A stretch of DNA of 64,000 bases from Macrostomum lignano (lineage: Eukaryota), in assembly GCA_002269645.1 (NCBI GenBank), contig NIVC01002533.1:62001-126000 (forward strand), read 5' to 3'. Of this stretch, positions 47,201 to 59,200 are shown piece by piece (positions within the stretch are counted from its first letter, which is position 1; every line of letters starts with the position of its first letter). The translations under genes and the position numbers were made by a program. The notes beneath the pieces are model-generated. The model did no database searches, was not told where the DNA came from, and was given only the letters and a program-made list of their open reading frames with translations.

Positions 47201-50200
47201 TGTGTGGATTATCGTGTGTCTATATAGATTATCATGTGTCTGTATAGATTATCGTGTGTCTGGATGCATTATTGTGTGTCTATATGGATTATCGTGTGTC
47301 TGTATAGATTATCGTGTGTCTGTATGGATTATCGTGTGTCTGTATGGATTACCGTGTGTCTGTATGGATTATCGTGTGTCTGTATGGATTATCGTGTGTC
47401 TGTATAGATTATCGTGTGTCTATATAGATTATCGTGTGTCTGTATGGATTATCGTGTGTCTGTATAGATTATCGTGTGTCTGTATAGATTATCGTGTGTC
47501 TGTATGGATTATCGTGTGTCTGTATAGATTATCGTGTGTCTATATAGATTATCGTGTGTCTATATGGATTATCGTGTGTCTGTATAGATTATCGTGTGTC
47601 TGTATGGATTATCGTGTGTCTGTATGGATTATCGTGTGTCTATATAGATTATCGTGTGTCTGTATGGATTATCGTGTGTCTGTATTGATTATCGTGTGTC
47701 TGTATGGATTATCGTGTGTCTGTATGGATTATCGTGTGTCTGTATGGATTTTCGTGTGTCTGTATGGATTATCGTGTGTCTGTATGGATTATCATGTGTC
47801 TGTATGGATTATCGTGTGTCTGTATGGATTATCATGTGTCTGTATAGATTTTACCAAACTATACAAACTTGATCAGGTACGCAAAGAGGGCGGCACAGAC
47901 GCCATCGGTGACATCATGCTGCAGCACCTGCCCCAGCTCACCTGCTACGTCAGATTCTGCGGCAGGCAGAGCGCGGCTACTCAACTGCTCACTCAACGGA
48001 TTAACTCCGTGCCCGAGCTCGCCCAACTAGTTCGCCACTGCGAGCAGCAGACCTCTAGCGGCAAGCTGATGGGTTTAATTCAATATTTTGTTAAGCCTAT
48101 GCAAAGAATCACTCGCTATCCGCTGCTGATTGAGAAGCTGCTCAAAGCTACGCCCGAGTCGCATCCGGACAGGGGCAGTCTGCAGGAGGCTCTGGATGAG
48201 GCTAAGAAGCTGTGCCAGACTGTCAATGAGAGCGTGCGAGAGACTGAGAACTCTGGCCGCTTGGAGTGGTGCCAGGTGAGTGCGGGGCCTTGCTGGTCTG
48301 GTGAGTGAGTGACTGAGTCACTGAGTGAGGGAGCGAGTGAGTGAGTGAGTGAATGAGGGAGCGAGTGAGTGAGTGAGGGAGCGATTGAGTGAATGAGGGA
48401 GCGAGTGAGTGAATGAGGGAGCGAGTGAGTGAATGAGGGAGCGAGTGAGTGAATGAGGGAGCGAGTGAGTGAATGAGGGAGGATTGAGTGAGTGAATGAA
48501 TGAGGGAGCGAGTGAGTGAATGAGGGAGCGAGTGAGTGAATGAGGGAGCGAGTGAGTGAATGAGGGAGCGAGTTAGTGAGTAAAGCAGGGAGCGAGTGAG
48601 TGAGTGAGTGAATGAATGAGGGAGCGAGTGAGTGAGTGAGTGAATGAGGGAGCGAGTGAGTGAGTGAATGAAGGAGCGAGTAAGTGAGTGAATGAGGGAG
48701 GATTGAGTGAGTGAATGAGGGAGCGAGTGAGTGAATGAGGGAGGATTGAGTGAGTGAATGAATGAGGGAGCGAGTGAGTGAATAAGGGAGCGAGTTAGTG
48801 AGTAAAGCAGGGAGCGAGTGAGTGAGTGAATGAATGAGGGAGCGAGTGAGTGAGTGAGTGAATGAGGGAGCGAGTGAGTGAGTGAATGAGGGAGCGAGTA
48901 AGTGAGTGAATGAGGGAGGATTGAGTGAGTGAATGAATGAGGGAGCGAGTGAGTGAGTGAGTGAATGAGGGAGCGAGTGAGTGAGTGAATGAGGGAGCGA
49001 GTAAGTGAGTGAATGAGGGAGGATTGAGTGAGTGAATGAATGAGGGAGCGAGTGAGTGAATGAGGGAGCGAGTGAGTGAATGAGGGAGGATTGAGTGAGT
49101 GAATGAATGAGGTAGCGGAATGAGGGAGCGAGTTAGTGAGTGAATGAAGTAGCGACTAGTAACACTTGCTCATAGTTTGACTGACAGATTAAGCAGATCT
49201 GCATTCATCTATTCTCGAAAACAAACCAAACTCCCAGGAGCACGTGATCTGCGAAGGCCTGTCGGAGAAGCTGGTGTTCAACTCGCAGACCAACTGCCTC
49301 GGCCAGCGCCGCCTAGTGCACTGGGGCACCCTGTTCAAGCACAAGGGCGGCAAAGAGCTTGTGGTGTTTTTATTCAACGATTTCCTACTGCTAACAGTGC
49401 CAGTCTTCAACACCCAGGGCCGGCCGTTTGTGTTCCCCTCGCTGGCTCTGGACGGCAATGCCGCGTCAGCTTCAGAAGACGATCAACTGGCCAACAGTCA
49501 GAAGCAGAAATACCGAATGTACAAGAGGCCGATTATACTGAACGATCTGATGACTGTACCAGAGCCAGATCGGGACAGCGGGACGGAGCCGCCGCTGCTC
49601 TGCATTCGGGTGCTGCCTAACGAGGACTGGGTGTTCCGCTGTCAGAGTGCTCAAGATCGGGACAGGTGGAAAGATCGACTAACCAAAACTGCTAAGGAAT
49701 ATCACAATGCTACTGGTGAGGAGTGCTATGTGTGTTAAAGTAACAGTGGATAAATTTGCTTTTTTTGTCTTGTGCAATACATCTTACTTATGTATATTTA
49801 GTTTTTCCGTATCACTTGCTTCACTGCTCAGGACCGTGATACCATTTTTTTCATAAATTAAATCGTATCTCCTTATCATCTGTCTCAGTTCACATTATTT
49901 TTCCTTTCCTTTCTTCTCTTCTCTTTTCCCCATCGCTTCACGCCTCTCATCATTGCCTCTTATCCCTTATCCCCTCTTATCCCTTCTTATCCCTATCATT
50001 CCCTCTTATCCCTTCTTATCCCCTCTCATCCCCTCTCATCCCCTCTTATCCCCTCTTATCCCCTCTCATCCCTTATCATTCCCTCTTATCTCTTCTTATC
50101 CCCTCTCATTCCTTCGCATCCTTTTTTATACCCTCATCCCTTCGTATCCCCTTTTGTCCCTTTCATCCCTTTGCACCCCCTTTTATCCCCTCTCATCCCT

Positions 50201-53200
50201 CCGCATGTCCCTTTCATCCCTTTGCACCCCCTTTTGTCCCTCTCATCCCTTTGCATCCCATTTTATCCCCTTTCATCCCTTCGCATCCCCTCTCATTCAC
50301 TCATGCCCTTGCATCTCATCCCCTCTTATCCCCTTTCATACCCTCTGTTGTTGTTAAACGAGGCTGGGTAGCCAGGGGCTCCCGCGGATCAGCCCAGAGA
50401 AGGGCTCTGCTTCATCTGCTTCATCTGATAGGGGGCACATCTACCAGTGGGCATATAGCCCGAGCAGCCCAGATTGGGACCTGACGTCATGGCCAGGGAG
50501 AGAGCACTAATTGGGGCTACTAGCTCAAGCCTATGGACTAAGACACCGCCAACCCATAAGTGGAATCAAGGACGGTGCTAAGACCGAGTCCACCCAAGCC
50601 ACCACCCAGCAGACAAATCCCGGGAGTGCGCAAAAGAAAGATTGGAAAAGCATTGGATACTACTGAAAGCGGTCCGAGAGCGGGGAAACCCCGAAGTCTA
50701 CGGAAATGGCTTGCATTAATTGGAGTGAGTCTGGGAGGCTTGTTTCCGAGGGCGAGTCTCCTGTCCAGCTCTAATTTGGAGCCCAGGCCAAGGGGTCGGG
50801 GAGGGGCACAAGGAGCAAGAGGACCCGGACTCAGCCGGTATCCCAGATTCGGGACGAACATCAACCCCAGGACTCCAATCCACTGTCAGAGATGAGAGCC
50901 GAGACACAAGGGCAGGGAACTTCCAGAGGAGCCAGCAGGATGGACCGGGCAGGGAGGGCAGAGCTCATAACTCCAGAATTTTGGCGCGGCATTCAAAGGC
51001 CTTACATTAATAAAAACACAAAGATAAAGCACAAGAGGGGATAAAAACAATGGGAGGAGCACCTGAACCCTAAACCCGGGGCTAACTAACTAACTAACTA
51101 AATAAGTAAATCCGGCGCCTCAGCCTATTGAATAAGGCTCTTACGCCACTAGAAAGATATAGGTTCCAAGTTGGGAGTGTACGTATGTACACTAGGTTCC
51201 TAAGCTAGGGAGAGTACTGTGTAAAGGGCAAGTAACAAATCAAAAACCTCCCCGGGGGACAGTGACAGCGGTACGACGCACCAGGGGAAGCCCGTGCCCA
51301 AAACACCAGGTTGGATAGACCCCTTGCCTATTAGGGTTGGCCCGAAGGCCGAGAGCCTTGGCTACCATGCTGGGGCCGACCGCCCACCACCCCCGGGTAC
51401 TCAAGCCAAACGTACATAAACCTCCCCGGGGCCAGAGGGGGTTGAGTGAACCATTCAGGGAAGCCCGTGCCTTCTCCTGGGTTAGATAGGCCAAAACACC
51501 GGTCATAAGACCGCCCCCACGGCCGTGGCGACCCGAAGGAGCCTCCCCCCCAACTAAACCCCGGGTACTCTTGCCAGACAGTCTCTTATCTTTGAAGCGG
51601 CAGGAGGGCTAATCGCCGGGACTATTTCACCCTTTGCTTCGCCATCCCGCCATTTCTATAGTGACCGTGCCAACGGTCTCGTCCTGCTCAGACTCAGTCC
51701 TGGTTCTGGCACACTCCAGCTTTAATAGGGTCGCTGGCTGTACGCTCAGAGGGCACTCCGAGGGGGACCGTCAGAGCACCAACTGGTACAGGTATAAGCC
51801 TGCCTTCCTATACAGCTACCCACAGCCCTTCCTGATCCACTATTACCCTCCAACCCAGCCTACTCACTCATTACAAGCTTTCAGCCAGGCAGAGACAAGT
51901 TTCACAGGGGTACTGCGGTTAGGCGCCTCTATGCGAGACAAAACCAGCACCTGAACCCTAAACCCGGGGCTCAGCCTCAGGGCTGGCATGCTAACTGGGC
52001 TCTACCGTACACCTTTGTGAATGGTCATTTTCTTTCCTGTAGGGCGGGTGCGACCGGGGAGCTCAAGTCCCGTTCTAAGCCACACTGCAGTCCAGAGTAC
52101 GCACTCACTCCAGGTACACCCCCACCTAACCAAGGCCCAGGGCCGAAATAATTGGAAAGAAAAAATAGGGTTATTTTTAGATGAGTACACATGCTTGGGC
52201 GCAACCTTGGGATTCACTCGGCCGTTTCTATTGGCGGCACACACATGTGGGTCGCTATTGGACGGAATAGTAGTCACGTGACTGCTCTCAGCCAATAGCG
52301 ACTTACATGTGTGTGTTGCCAGTAGAAGCGGCCGGGTGATTCCCAAAGTTGCGCATGTACAGTCAGTGACTGTACATACGTACATACGTACATGCGTACT
52401 GTACATCACCTCCGGTGAGGACTCTAATTTGATTGGGCTAGCGAGTGCTAGGCCAATTGGATTGCGCACAACCCCGAGAAATGCCGCCAGAGAGGCAGCC
52501 AGGGTAAAAACAGTCAGAGACCGTCTTTACCGTCATACCCTCTTTCCCTCTCATCCCCTCTTCCCCTCTTCCCCTCTCACTCCCTCATTCGTTCCCTTTT
52601 CTTATATCCTTAAAGTCTTTGTGTGTATCCTGAGCTTCGCATAGCAAGTAGTGCATTGCAGTTTTTTGCATATACAGTATTATTTACGGGATTTTGTTGG
52701 AAAAAATTTGCTTCTAAAACAGCGCTTTGCACTGCCTAGTAACAAGTGACCAATCGTATTTATTTTGTTGATTTGACTTGTTTTCTCTTTTTTTAATTCC
52801 AGGAAGATTTGGTAAGACATGTTGGCAGTTTGCTTAGCTCTTTGGCACTAGGAAATTCAAACTTTTCATTTAAATTCAAATTTCTATAATTCTACTTGGT
52901 TAAGTTGAAGTCATTTTTATTAATTTTTACAGATTTGAACGATTTTAATTTTATAAATTTATAAATCCAAAAGTTCAGATAAGATTATAAATTATTAGAG
53001 ACTTGTGATGAATTGTTAATTATGCTCTCCGTGATTTATTTGATGCTTTTGTCCTTTTCCTGTCCGCATCTTTGTTAGACTTTCTGACACGCTTTTGTCC
53101 TATCAGAATCCGTGAAATTTATCTATAAATCTGTAAATTTATGACAAAATCTTCTAGATTTTCTCAACACAGTCTTGAGTTTCTTAGCACAAATCCTGGT

Positions 53201-56200
53201 GCTCACATATGACTGCTTGTGATCCCATTCTTCTCCAAATGGGATTTCAAGTAGCTCCCATATGAATTATAATCACATTCTTCCCCAAATGGGATTTCAA
53301 TCAGTAGCTCCCATCTGACTGCTTGTGATCCCATTCTTCCCCAAATGGGATTTCAATCAGTAGCTCCAATATGAATGCTTGTGATCCCATTCTTCCCCAA
53401 ATGGGATTTCAATCAGTAGCTCCAATATGAATGCTTGTGATCCCATTCTTCCCCAAATGGGATTTCAATCAGTAGCTCCCAAATGACTGCTTGTGATCCC
53501 ATTCTTCCCCAAATGGGATTTCAATCAGTAGCTCCAATATGAATGCTTGTGATCCCATTCTTCTCCAAATGGGATTTCAAGTAGCTCCCATATGAATTAT
53601 AATCACATTCTTCCCCAAATGGGATTTCAATCAGTAGCTCCCATCTGACTGCTTGTGATCCCATTCTTCCCCAAATGGGATTTTGATCAGTAGCTCCCAT
53701 CTGACTGCTTGTGATCCCATTCTTCCCCAAATGGGATTTCAATCAGTAGCTCCCATCTGACTGCTTGTGATCCCATTCTTCCCCAAATGGGATTTTGATC
53801 AGTAGCTCCCATATGAATGCTTGTGATCCCATTCTTCCCCGAATGGGATTTCAATCAGTAGCTCCCATATGACTGTTTGTGATCCCATTCTTCCCCAAAT
53901 GGGATTTCAATCAGTAGCTCCCATATGAATGCTTGTGATCCCATTCTTCCCCAAATGGGATTTCAATCAGTAGCTCCCATATGAATGCTTGTGATCCCAT
54001 TCTTCCCCGAATGGGATTTCAATCAGTAGCTCACATCTGACTGCTTGTGATCCCATTCTTCCCCAAATGGGATTTCAATCAGTAGCTCCCATATGACTGC
54101 TTGTGATCCCATTCTTCCCCGAATGGGATTTCAATCAGTAGCTCCAATATGACTGCTTGTGATCCCATTCTTCCCCAAATAGGATTTCAATCAGTAGCTC
54201 CAATATGACTGCTTGTGATCCCATTCTTCCCCAAATAGGATTTCAATCAGTAGCTCCCATATGACTGCTTGTGATCCCATTCTTCCCCAAATAGGATTTC
54301 AATCAGTAGCTCCCATATGACTGCTTGTGATCCCATTCTTCCCCGAATGGGATTTCAATCAGTAGTTCCAATATGAATGCTTGTGATCCCATTCTTCTCC
54401 AAATAGGATTTCAATCAGTAGCTCCCATCTGACTGCTTGTGATCCCATTCTTCCCCGAATGGGATTTCAATCAGTAGCTCCAATATGAATGCTTGTGATC
54501 CCATTCTTCCCCGAATGGGATTTCAATCAGTAGCTCCCATCTGACTGCTTGTGATCCCATTCTTCTCCAAATAGGATTTCAATCAGTAGCTCCCATATGA
54601 CTGCTTGTGATCCCATTCTTCCCCGAATGGGATTTCAATCAGTAGCTCCAATATGAATGCTTGTGATCCCATTCTTCTCCAAATGGGATTTCAATCAGTA
54701 GCTCCCATATGACTGCTTGTGATCCCATTCTTCCCCAAATGGGATTTTAATCAGTAGCTCCCATCTGACTGCTTGTGATCCCATTCTTCCCCAAATGGGA
54801 TTTCAATCAGTAGCTCCAATATGAATGCTTGTGATTCCATTCTTCTCCAAATGGGATTTCAAGTAGCTCCCATATGAATTATAATCACATTCTTCCCCAA
54901 ATGGGATTTCAATCAGTAGCTCCCATATGACTGCTTGTGATCCCATTCTTCCCCAAATGGGATTTTGATCAGTAGCTCCCATCTGACTGCTTGTGATCCC
55001 ATTCTTCTCCAAATGGGATTTCAATCAGTAGCTCCCATCTGACTGCTTGTGATTCCATTCTTCTCCAAATGGGATTTCAATCAGTAGCTCCCATATGACT
55101 GCTTGTGATCCCATTCTTCCCCGAATGGGATTTCAATCAGTAGCTCCCATATGACTGCTTGTGATCCCATTCTTCTCCAAATAGGATTTCAATCAGTAGC
55201 TCCCATATGACTGCTTGTGATCCCATTCTTCCCGAATGGGATTTCAATCAGTAGCTCCAATATGAATGCTTGTGATCCCATTCTTCTCCAAATAGGATTT
55301 CAATCAGTAGCTCCCATATGACTGCTTGTGATCCCATTCTTCCCGAATGGGATTTCAATCAGTAGCTCCAATATGAATGCTTGTGATCCCATTCTTCCCC
55401 AAATAGGATTTCAATCAGTAGCTCCCATATGACTGCTTGTGATCCCATTCTTCTCCAAATAGGATTTCAATCAGTAGCTCCCATATGACTGCTTGTGATC
55501 CCATTCTTCCCCGAATGGGATTTCAATCAGTAGCTCCAATATGAATGCTTGTGATCCCATTCTTCTCCAAATAGGATTTCAATCAGTAGCTCCCATATGA
55601 CTGCTTGTGATCCCATTCTTCCCCAAATGGGATTTTAATCAGTAGCTCCCATCTGACTGCTTGTGATCCCATTCTTCCCCAAATGGGATTTCAATCAGTA
55701 GCTCCCATATGAATTATAATCACATTCTTCCCCAAATGGGATTTCAATCAGTAGCTCCCATCTGACTGCTTGTGATCCCATTCTTCCCCAAATGGGATTT
55801 CAATCAGTAGCTCCCATCTGACTGCTTGTGATCCCATTCTTCTCCAAATGGGATTTCAATCAGTAGCTCCCATATGACTGCTTGTGATCCCATTCTTCTC
55901 CAAATGGGATTTCAATCAGTAGCTCCCATCTGACTGCTTGTGATTCCATTCTTCTCCAAATGGGATTTCAATCAGTAGCTCCCATATGACTGCTTGTGAT
56001 CCCATTCTTCCCCGAATGGGATTTCAATCAGTAGCTCCCATATGACTGCTTGTGATCCCATTCTTCTCCAAATAGGATTTCAATCAGTAGCTCCCATATG
56101 ACTGCTTGTGATCCCATTCTTCCCCGAATGGGATTTCAATCAGTAGCTCCAATATGAATGCTTGTGATCCCATTCTTCTCCAAATAGGATTTCAATCAGT

Positions 56201-59200
56201 AGCTCCCATATGACTGCTTGTGATCCCATTCTTCCCCGAATGGGATTTCAATCAGTAGCTCCAATATGAATGCTTGTGATCCCATTCTTCCCCAAATAGG
56301 ATTTCAATCAGTAGCTCCCATATGACTGCTTGTGATCCCATTCTTCTCCAAATAGGATTTCAATCAGTAGCTCCCATATGACTGCTTGTGATCCCATTCT
56401 TCCCCGAATGGGATTTCAATCAGTAGCTCCAATATGAATGCTTGTGATCCCATTCTTCTCCAAATAGGATTTCAATCAGTAGCTCCCATATGACTGCTTG
56501 TGATCCCATTCTTCCCCAAATGGGATTTTAATCAGTAGCTCCCATCTGACTGCTTGTGATCCCATTCTTCCCCAAATGGGATTTCAATCAGTAGCTCCCA
56601 TATGAATTATAATCACATTCTTCCCCAAATGGGATTTCAATCAGTAGCTCCCATCTGACTGCTTGTGATCCCATTCTTCCCCAAATGGGATTTCAATCAG
56701 TAGCTCCCATCTGACTGCTTGTGATCCCATTCTTCTCCAAATGGGATTTCAATCAGTAGCTCCCATATGACTGCTTGTGATCCCATTCTTCTCCAAATGG
56801 GATTTCAATCAGTAGCTCCCATCTGACTGACTGCTTGTGATGCCCCATTCTTCCCCAAATGGGATTTTAAGCAATAGCTCCCATAAGTGATTTATCAAAA
56901 AAATCGATAAAATATATCCCTAATAATTAGCCCACTTTATGCTGTTCGTGCATTCTCTGCTTTAATTTTTAATTGCACCACAACAGCTATGCAATGCGCA
57001 CTACGGTGTGGTTATAGCATTTGTTTGTTTTACTTATTTTTACGTGGTGTCGTTATAGATTCCTAAATCAATATTTTCTGTCTATTAGTAGTATAATAGT
57101 AGTATTATAATCATATTAGTGCTATTATTAAATAGCGACAAGCTTCTATACTGTTGTTTGTTCAACCTGTCTACATGTAGAACGCATGGCTAGAAGGCGC
57201 CTGCATCGAGTAAGTTGCTATCAGCTGATAATTTTAATGAGATGCTCATTGCAATATCATTATTAACACTTTACTTAAAGTTCTTAGCAGCAAATTTAAA
57301 ATTTGAAGCTATAGTATAGTAATGATAATTGTCAAAGACAATGGCTCTTGTTATTTTGTTTAAAAGTGTACGATGTACTTTTAATCTCAAAGTAATCACG
57401 TGTGCAATATAGCTTTTTGCCTTTATATAACCGCCTAAAATTTGCTGCTAATATCAGTAAATAAAGTGTTAATCAAATTCTAATTTTTATTTTGACTCCT
57501 TAAGGACGCTAATATAAAGTAAAATCGTTAACAGTGTCTTTTTCAATTCCATTGCTTGTTCTTTTAAGTCTACATTCGACAATTGGCTGTTCTATCATAA
57601 CCCTACCCCCCAACCCTACCCAACCCTACCCTAACCCTACACACCTACCCCTAACCTTACCCTAACCCAAACCAATATTGTCGACAGTGAGTAGTCATCA
57701 AGTAGCTATTTCTGTTCAATTCACTTATTTACTGCTTTAAAAGTACCAACAAAAATGGTTTGTATTTCATTTCATATTTTTAGAGAAATTGGCTATCGAA
57801 GGTAATAAAAGACGCAGTTTATTATAAATTTCAATAATGATTGAATTATTGAGACTGGGCAACTTCATAGTCTCCACTATATTCATTGTGTCTCAAATAA
57901 CCAGTTATTACGTTTTCCTTTAATTGCCCTTGATAACATAGGCGTCGGCATAGTGTGACTAATTGGCACTAAATTTTATATTATCGTCTTTAACCAATTT
58001 TAATCTCTCGCTTTCAACGATAAACTTTTTTGGCTGGCATAGTTTTAATTTATTAATTAGTTCCATTAATCCAGTGCGGTTCTACTAAAGGTTTAAATTA
58101 ATGAACACTATAGATATTAAACCAAACTATGGTTTTAGAAGGGGGCCGTAGCCCAGTGGTCCAGCAGGCGCTCTGATTTGCCAGCGGCCCAGGCTTGATT
58201 CCAAGTGCAGTCACATTAATTTGAGGCTAAATTGGAATCTCGGCTTGGCTCAGCTCGTGCAATTAACGGCCTTGAGGGCCAACCCCAAGGCACAGTGAAG
58301 TGTACATGCCTAGGGCCGCTGTACACTCCTGTGTGAGTGTGTGCCTGTGCGTATGACTGCTCAGGAGAGTCGGTGGAATGGGCAGTAATGGGCAGAAATG
58401 GGCGGTTGTGTGACAATGTCATTTGAAGTGCGCCAGGTGCACACAGCCCCTGCCTCTGATGAAAAATGGTTATTTATATAAACCGTAGCGCGGTATACGC
58501 ACTACTTATTATTGGCAGTAGTTTTGCAGTTGGCTTAATTAAAACGCATTATTGTAACTCGTCCGCTGCGTCGCTGCACTCTAGCCTCTTTCGCTATAGT
58601 AAAAAACATTGCGTTCGCTGATTGGCTGGGGTGTTTATCTCTCTCTGTCCCGCCTCCATCATTCTACCCTTCTCCTCATTCCTATTGGCTGTGCAGCGTC
58701 GTAGCCTGCCCCCTCCCCCTAGCCAATATAGTTGATTGGCTACAATTACACTAACGAAAAGTCCATTCATTAGGCTTGAATATGATTTTAAAACAGAAGA
58801 TTTTTATTATAAATTCTGGTATTTTAATAAATTTTATTCATATAAAAAACCGATTATAAAATTACTATTAGGGTGATGGTTTTCTTCAACTGTTAAACCT
58901 TGAATTATTTCTTAAATGTATAGCCATTCTGATTGAATCTGATTGCATGTGCTTTAAAGTTTTAATCAGATTGTTCAGAAAGCAACTTATACGGTATCGT
59001 TGATAAAAACATTCGTAATTGTAGTAACTCGTATAAAAGTCGATATTTAGCTTAATAATAAGAGCAACAGACGCTTGCATCAGCCAAGCAAAGTTATTAT
59101 AATTAATTATTATTTAATAATATTGTTTATTTCTTTTGTTGGCGTATAAGTATGAACTCAATAATGCTTGTATTCCTAATGAACCAGTGGGTGTCTTAAA

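Larger units (their letters stand above)
50347..52532 (-). mobile_element. Non-coding retroposon-like insertion A (2186 bp including the nested element)
   Basis: 11-bp TSD tcataccctct at 50336-50346 and 52533-52543; the minus-strand 3' end is ...tttaacaacaac; no RT or endonuclease ORF recognised. Confidence 0.7.

Noticed and set aside
47076-47876. N-terminal 267 aa of the 410-aa ORF
   Set aside because: Read-through of a 20-bp minisatellite into true exon 10, which starts at the acceptor at 47876.
50538-52644. Short ORFs within the insertion as possible gag/RT remnants
   Set aside because: No RT, endonuclease, zinc-knuckle or integrase motifs in any listed frame.
57598-57673. Interstitial telomere as a chromosome-fusion relic
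   Set aside because: Too short and degenerate, with few exact CCCTAA units.
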